DNA from: Theionarchaea archaeon
GTDB taxonomy: Archaea > Methanobacteriota_B > Thermococci > Methanofastidiosales > SZ-28-30
Reading direction: 5' to 3'
DNA: 64,000 bases
Assembly: GCA_018992685.1 (NCBI GenBank)
Contig: JACVGT010000034.1
Span: 14,735-78,734, forward strand
Shown: in pieces, positions 59,847 through 64,000 of the stretch
Position numbering within the stretch: position 1 is the first letter of the stretch
Layout of the letters: each line of letters starts with the position of its first letter
The notes under the pieces: generated by a model
What the model saw: only the letters and a program-made list of their open reading frames with translations
Told to the model about the DNA's origin: nothing
The model's database searches: none
Translations under genes and position numbers: made by a program

Positions 59847-62174
59847 ATGCTCATTATTAGAAAAACTACCCGGAAGACGCCAGAACTTGAGATTTACTCA
59901 ATAAAGAATGGCAGGAGAATCTACTACTTGACCTTACGGGAAGAAAAAGGTAGAATAAGGCCTTACCGGTTTCGTTCAGGAGATGAATTGTATCAGCCCA
60001 AGAGAGCGGTGCAGATGCTCAAGTCTGAACCAGTGTTCCTTTCTAGGGATGACGAAACCCTCACCATCAAGAACGAGCTGGAAGAATTGTTCTCCTACCT
60101 GCAGACAAAATATGAATGGATTGATTTGTGCCGCCACTGTTTTATTGAAGGAAGAGTCACTCAAAACCCTGAGTATATATACCACGGTGAGAACATCTGC
60201 AGGTCCTGTGCTCTCCATGAAGTGAAGAAAGAACTCACGTTCAGGAAGGTTTCAATCCCCGTGGAGCCAATTCTGGACAGGCTGAAGAACGTTGACCAGA
60301 TCATCAGTCTGCTGGACCCGCGCTACACCAAAGCCAAAGATACCTTGTATGATGTCATAGAAGGGCATATGCCAGAGAACCCCCTGTCTGTGGAGGAATT
60401 AGATCTGCCAGAACGGTTCAAAGCCATCATCAAGAAGGAAGTCACCCATCTCCTCCCCATTCAGCAGAAAGCAGTTGAATCTGGACTGCTGAAGGATCGA
60501 GATCTGCTCGTCGTGTCGGCCACTGCATCAGGGAAAACACTTATAGCGGAACTGGCGGGACTGAAAAAGGTCTGTGAAGGCAAGAAGTTTCTGTTTCTGG
60601 TTCCTCTGGTGGCTCTGGCCAACCAGAAGTACGAGGATTTTAAAAAACGATATAGTTCACTGTGCAGGGTGTCCATCAGGGTGGGCACGAGCCGCATACG
60701 AACCACGGACGACCTCCTGGTGATGGACAGTGATGTCAGTGCAGATATACTTGTGGGAACATATGAAGGGCTGGATTTTCTCATCCGGGCTAACGTGGAC
60801 CTGGGTGATGTGGGCTGCATCGCCATTGATGAGGTGCACATGGTGTCAGATCCAGAACGCGGTCCCCGGCTGGATGGGATGATTTCCCGACTGAGAGCGT
60901 TGTATCCTGAGGCACAGTTTCTGGGGCTATCAGCCACGGTGGGAAACCCAGAAGAAATCAGCAGGGATCTAAAGTGCACTCTTGTATTGTATGCAGAGCG
61001 CCCCGTGCCCCTGGAGAGGCACATTGTTCTGACCCCCGATAAGAATGATACTATTAAGGAATTGATTGAAAAGGAATGGAAGAGTGTTTCCCGGTACGGG
61101 TACCACGGGCAGAGCATTCTTTTCACCAACTCCCGCAGGAATTGTGAGACGCTAGCAGGATTTCTGAGATCAAAAGGGATACGAGCACAGGCGTATCATG
61201 CAGGACTACCCTATGTCAAGCGGAAATCTACTGAACTCTCCTTCTGGAACCAGAAATTGCAGGCAGTGTGTTGCACGGCCGCCTTGTCTGCTGGAGTGGA
61301 TTTTCCTTCCTCCTGTGTCATATTTGATAGTTACAAGATGGGGATTGAAGAGCTCCGCAAACAGGAGTTTGAGCAGATGACAGGGAGGGCAGGGCGTCCC
61401 TTGTACCACGAAAAGGGAACCGTGTACTTGCTGGTGGAACCGTTTTCAGAAGAGGACACCGTGCTACACCACCTGCTGGAAGGAGAGATGGAAGACGTGG
61501 ACATGGTCTACACAAAGGAGCAGGAGCTGGAGAATGTTCTGGCTGCCAGGGCGTGTGGATTACCCCTGGAAGCAGTCAATGGATATGCACTGTGGGAGCT
61601 TGACTCCTTGTTGGTGGGGGACCTGGAGAACTGTGGCATGGTGGCACAGGGCGAGATCACAGGATATGGGAGGGCAGCCTCAGTCTCATTCCTGAACGTG
61701 GAGCAGGCAGAGTTCATCCGGAGGAACCTGAGGAAGGATGTCCTGGATATCGTGGTCCCTCTGGAGTCATTTGCGAACGTGTACCTAACACAGAGGTTAA
61801 AGTCGCAGTTGGACCTGGAAGTTGATACTCTGTTTTCAGGGGCATGTCTGGAGGTCTTAGCCAGGAGTGATGCAGGGTTGACAATCTTGAAAGCGTTTTT
61901 TGTGTGTGATTGCCGAGAGAACCCATACTGTGAACATTCGAAATGGAATATCTCCAGATATATCTGTGAATTGCGGGTGAAAGGGCTGTCACCCTCTGGG
62001 ATATCCCGGCGGTTCAGGCAGGACTATGGGCTGCTCCTGTATCCTGGGGATGTGTTCTCGTATCTGGATGCAGTGGTGCATAAGCTGGAAGCTGTGGAAA
62101 GAGTTGCAGATGTATTCGGAGAGGAGAGGACAGTGAAAAAGGCCAGAGCCTTGAAGAGCCAGATTGAAAGATAG
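59847..62174 (+). CDS. Archaeal SF2 DEAD/DEAH helicase (COG1202, DUF5814-like C-terminus)
   Basis: SATASGKT, PLVALANQK, DEVH, SAT, YHAGL, QM.GRAGRP; C.C...PYC. Confidence 0.9.
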   Translation: MLIIRKTTRKTPELEIYSIKNGRRIYYLTLREEKGRIRPYRFRSGDELYQPKRAVQMLKSEPVFLSRDDETLTIKNELEELFSYLQTKYEWIDLCRHCFIEGRVTQNPEYIYHGENICRSCALHEVKKELTFRKVSIPVEPILDRLKNVDQIISLLDPRYTKAKDTLYDVIEGHMPENPLSVEELDLPERFKAIIKKEVTHLLPIQQKAVESGLLKDRDLLVVSATASGKTLIAELAGLKKVCEGKKFLFLVPLVALANQKYEDFKKRYSSLCRVSIRVGTSRIRTTDDLLVMDSDVSADILVGTYEGLDFLIRANVDLGDVGCIAIDEVHMVSDPERGPRLDGMISRLRALYPEAQFLGLSATVGNPEEISRDLKCTLVLYAERPVPLERHIVLTPDKNDTIKELIEKEWKSVSRYGYHGQSILFTNSRRNCETLAGFLRSKGIRAQAYHAGLPYVKRKSTELSFWNQKLQAVCCTAALSAGVDFPSSCVIFDSYKMGIEELRKQEFEQMTGRAGRPLYHEKGTVYLLVEPFSEEDTVLHHLLEGEMEDVDMVYTKEQELENVLAARACGLPLEAVNGYALWELDSLLVGDLENCGMVAQGEITGYGRAASVSFLNVEQAEFIRRNLRKDVLDIVVPLESFANVYLTQRLKSQLDLEVDTLFSGACLEVLARSDAGLTILKAFFVCDCRENPYCEHSKWNISRYICELRVKGLSPSGISRRFRQDYGLLLYPGDVFSYLDAVVHKLEAVERVADVFGEERTVKKARALKSQIER

Positions 62175-62211
62175 AAAGAGAGATGAAGGGAGACGAAGGA
62201 GAAGGAAAGGG

Positions 62212-63231
62212 CTATGTCAAGATGGTCTCCATGAGGTGCTGCAGGTTCTCGAGGTCTCTCATGTCGATAGTTTCCCCTGGAGAGTGAGGGTAGAGAGTTG
62301 GGCAGCCCAGGAGCACCGTGCGAGAAGCGGAGTTCACAAAGAAGCCCAGCCCATCAGTGACTCCCCTTTCCAAGATGGCGGGCTGCAAGGGGATATTCGA
62401 GTTCTGCGCTGCTTCTCTGCATTTCATGATAGTGGGGTGATGATAGTGCATGGATCCATCTTTATAAACAATTGCAGGTCCTTTTCCCAGGCTTATGGCC
62501 TGAGCTTTCTGGGACGTGGGGATAATCTCCAGGATATATGCTTCATCAAAGGTCTGTTGGGAGGCTAATGCTCGGGCACCTCTGACCCCAATCTCTTCTT
62601 GGACAGTTGATGCAAGGACTATGTCCCGGGTTAGAGAAGTTGTGGGGAGGAAAGTTGCCAGCTGGATCAGGAGGGCCAGTCCCAGCCTGTCGTCCATGGA
62701 CTTTCCTTTGACGCGGGTATTGAATTTCCTCGTCTGCGCTTTCCAGGTCAGAGGACAACCCACATGAATGTCTGAAGAGTGGACTTCTTCTCTTGAAGTT
62801 GCCCCAATGTCTACCAGAATGGCTTCAAGACTGGGGGCTCTTTCTCTGGATTCTTTGTCCACAACATGGCCGGTATCCATGGTTAGGACACCGTCTACAG
62901 ATCGATATGAATCTGTGAAAATGGTAACTTCATGAAACGGGAGTATTCTGGTATCGGGGGCTCGTGTCTTGTAGTTGGGCGCGATTTGTAGGAATCCATC
63001 TTCAGTTATGTTCTTGACTACGAATCCAATCTCACAGGCATGGGCAGCTATGACTGTCTTTGGCCCTTCTCCCGGGAAGTGTGCATATAGGTTACCCACT
63101 CTGTCATACGAGAGCGAATCTGTGTAGAGCGAAAACTGGGTTTCCATGTACTGTTGAACCAGCAATTCACGTCCTACAGGGGCCGATAATTGAGTGAGGA
63201 TCTCAAGGTGGTGGTAAAGTGATTCTGGCAT
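62212..63231 (-). CDS. M42 (TET-like) metallopeptidase family
   Basis: DRVGN, AAH..EIG, DIGA, K..DDR, QEEIG.RGA, HSP.E. Confidence 0.87.
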   Translation of the reverse strand: MPESLYHHLEILTQLSAPVGRELLVQQYMETQFSLYTDSLSYDRVGNLYAHFPGEGPKTVIAAHACEIGFVVKNITEDGFLQIAPNYKTRAPDTRILPFHEVTIFTDSYRSVDGVLTMDTGHVVDKESRERAPSLEAILVDIGATSREEVHSSDIHVGCPLTWKAQTRKFNTRVKGKSMDDRLGLALLIQLATFLPTTSLTRDIVLASTVQEEIGVRGARALASQQTFDEAYILEIIPTSQKAQAISLGKGPAIVYKDGSMHYHHPTIMKCREAAQNSNIPLQPAILERGVTDGLGFFVNSASRTVLLGCPTLYPHSPGETIDMRDLENLQHLMETILT

Positions 63232-63478
63232 GAGATGTCATTTGTGTGGTGTGTAATATACTTTTTGAATGGTTGGGAGATCAGAGAATGACTTCCTTGA
63301 AGAATAGCTGGTGCGAAGTTGAACCAATTGAAAAAGACTTGTTGGATATGGAATGCTTGTAATTAGTGCGTCTCATAGATTTGGGATAAAGGGAAATTTT
63401 CGTTACACCCTCAAGGAAAGGCTTAAATAGTTGTTGGAATAGCAGAAGTGCTGATGCACGTTTTCCAATGAAGAGAAA

Positions 63479-64000
63479 ATGTGCATGTCCACAGCAGTGT
63501 GGGAGCAGATTGGACAGGAGGAGATAAGGCTGAGAAACAAGATATGTGTTTTGGCAATTGCAGCTGTGCTGACCCTGAGTATGGGTCTTGATGGGTTGTT
63601 TGCAGCTGTAATTGATGAGGAAGATGAGATGATTTCTGAATTGGATGTTACACAGCCCGTGGTTACAAATATTCCTCCCGTGGTGGAGATCGTACCTGAT
63701 GTGTCCAGTGGGAAGGCCCCGTTACGGGTCCAGTTTGACGGGGATGTGTATGATGAGGACGGGGAGCTGACGAGTCTTGAATGGGACTTTGAAGGAGATG
63801 GGGTCTTTGAGATGGTGAAGAGTCTGAGTACCATTGAGAGACCTCAAAAGCTCGAGGTGGCACGGGAAGAACTGCAGAAAGAGTACGTGTACGAGACACC
63901 AGGGATCTACCATGCAGTGGTCAGGGTGACAGATGATAAGAAAGAGAGTACCACAGCAACTGTGACCATACAGGTTCATTCAGATACCCCGTGGCTGGAT
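63479..64000 (+). CDS. Secreted PKD-domain protein, truncated by window end
   Basis: N.PP, SGKAPLRVQF, D.DG, WDFEGDG, Y..PG.Y...V.VTD; signal peptide begins near 63530. Confidence 0.8.
   Translation, partial: MCMSTAVWEQIGQEEIRLRNKICVLAIAAVLTLSMGLDGLFAAVIDEEDEMISELDVTQPVVTNIPPVVEIVPDVSSGKAPLRVQFDGDVYDEDGELTSLEWDFEGDGVFEMVKSLSTIERPQKLEVAREELQKEYVYETPGIYHAVVRVTDDKKESTTATVTIQVHSDTPWLD

Noticed and set aside
234-63979. Many short overlapping ORFs in the six-frame track
   Set aside because: They are shadow ORFs antisense to or out of frame with well-supported genes, with no motifs.

Overview
Gene-dense archaeal chromosomal window. The Sm1-rpl37e pair, intron-containing tRNA with a BHB motif, BRE/TATA promoters, DUF835 sensor and COG1202-type helicase suggest a Thermococci/Methanofastidiosa/Theionarchaea-like euryarchaeon (inferred, not proven). 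About 70 CDS, mostly housekeeping or accessory metabolism, plus tRNA-Ala(GGC). No CRISPR array, rRNA or intact transposase was found. Main points of interest: (1) an archaeal RiPP-type cluster at the left edge (radical SAM + PqqD/RRE, HPr-kinase-like kinase, nucleotidyltransferase, ABC exporter); (2) two tandem double-HTH regulator paralogs, about 98% identical in DNA except at the two predicted HTH regions, flanking a 63-aa secreted peptide gene with a Gly-rich tail; (3) a 5-FCL/MTHFSD-like + Tpt1/KptA fusion; (4) a dispersed 21-bp intergenic motif that also forms an inverted pair; (5) several pseudogenes and small genes missing from the ORF track. Family names come from motif recognition by eye; no database searches were run.
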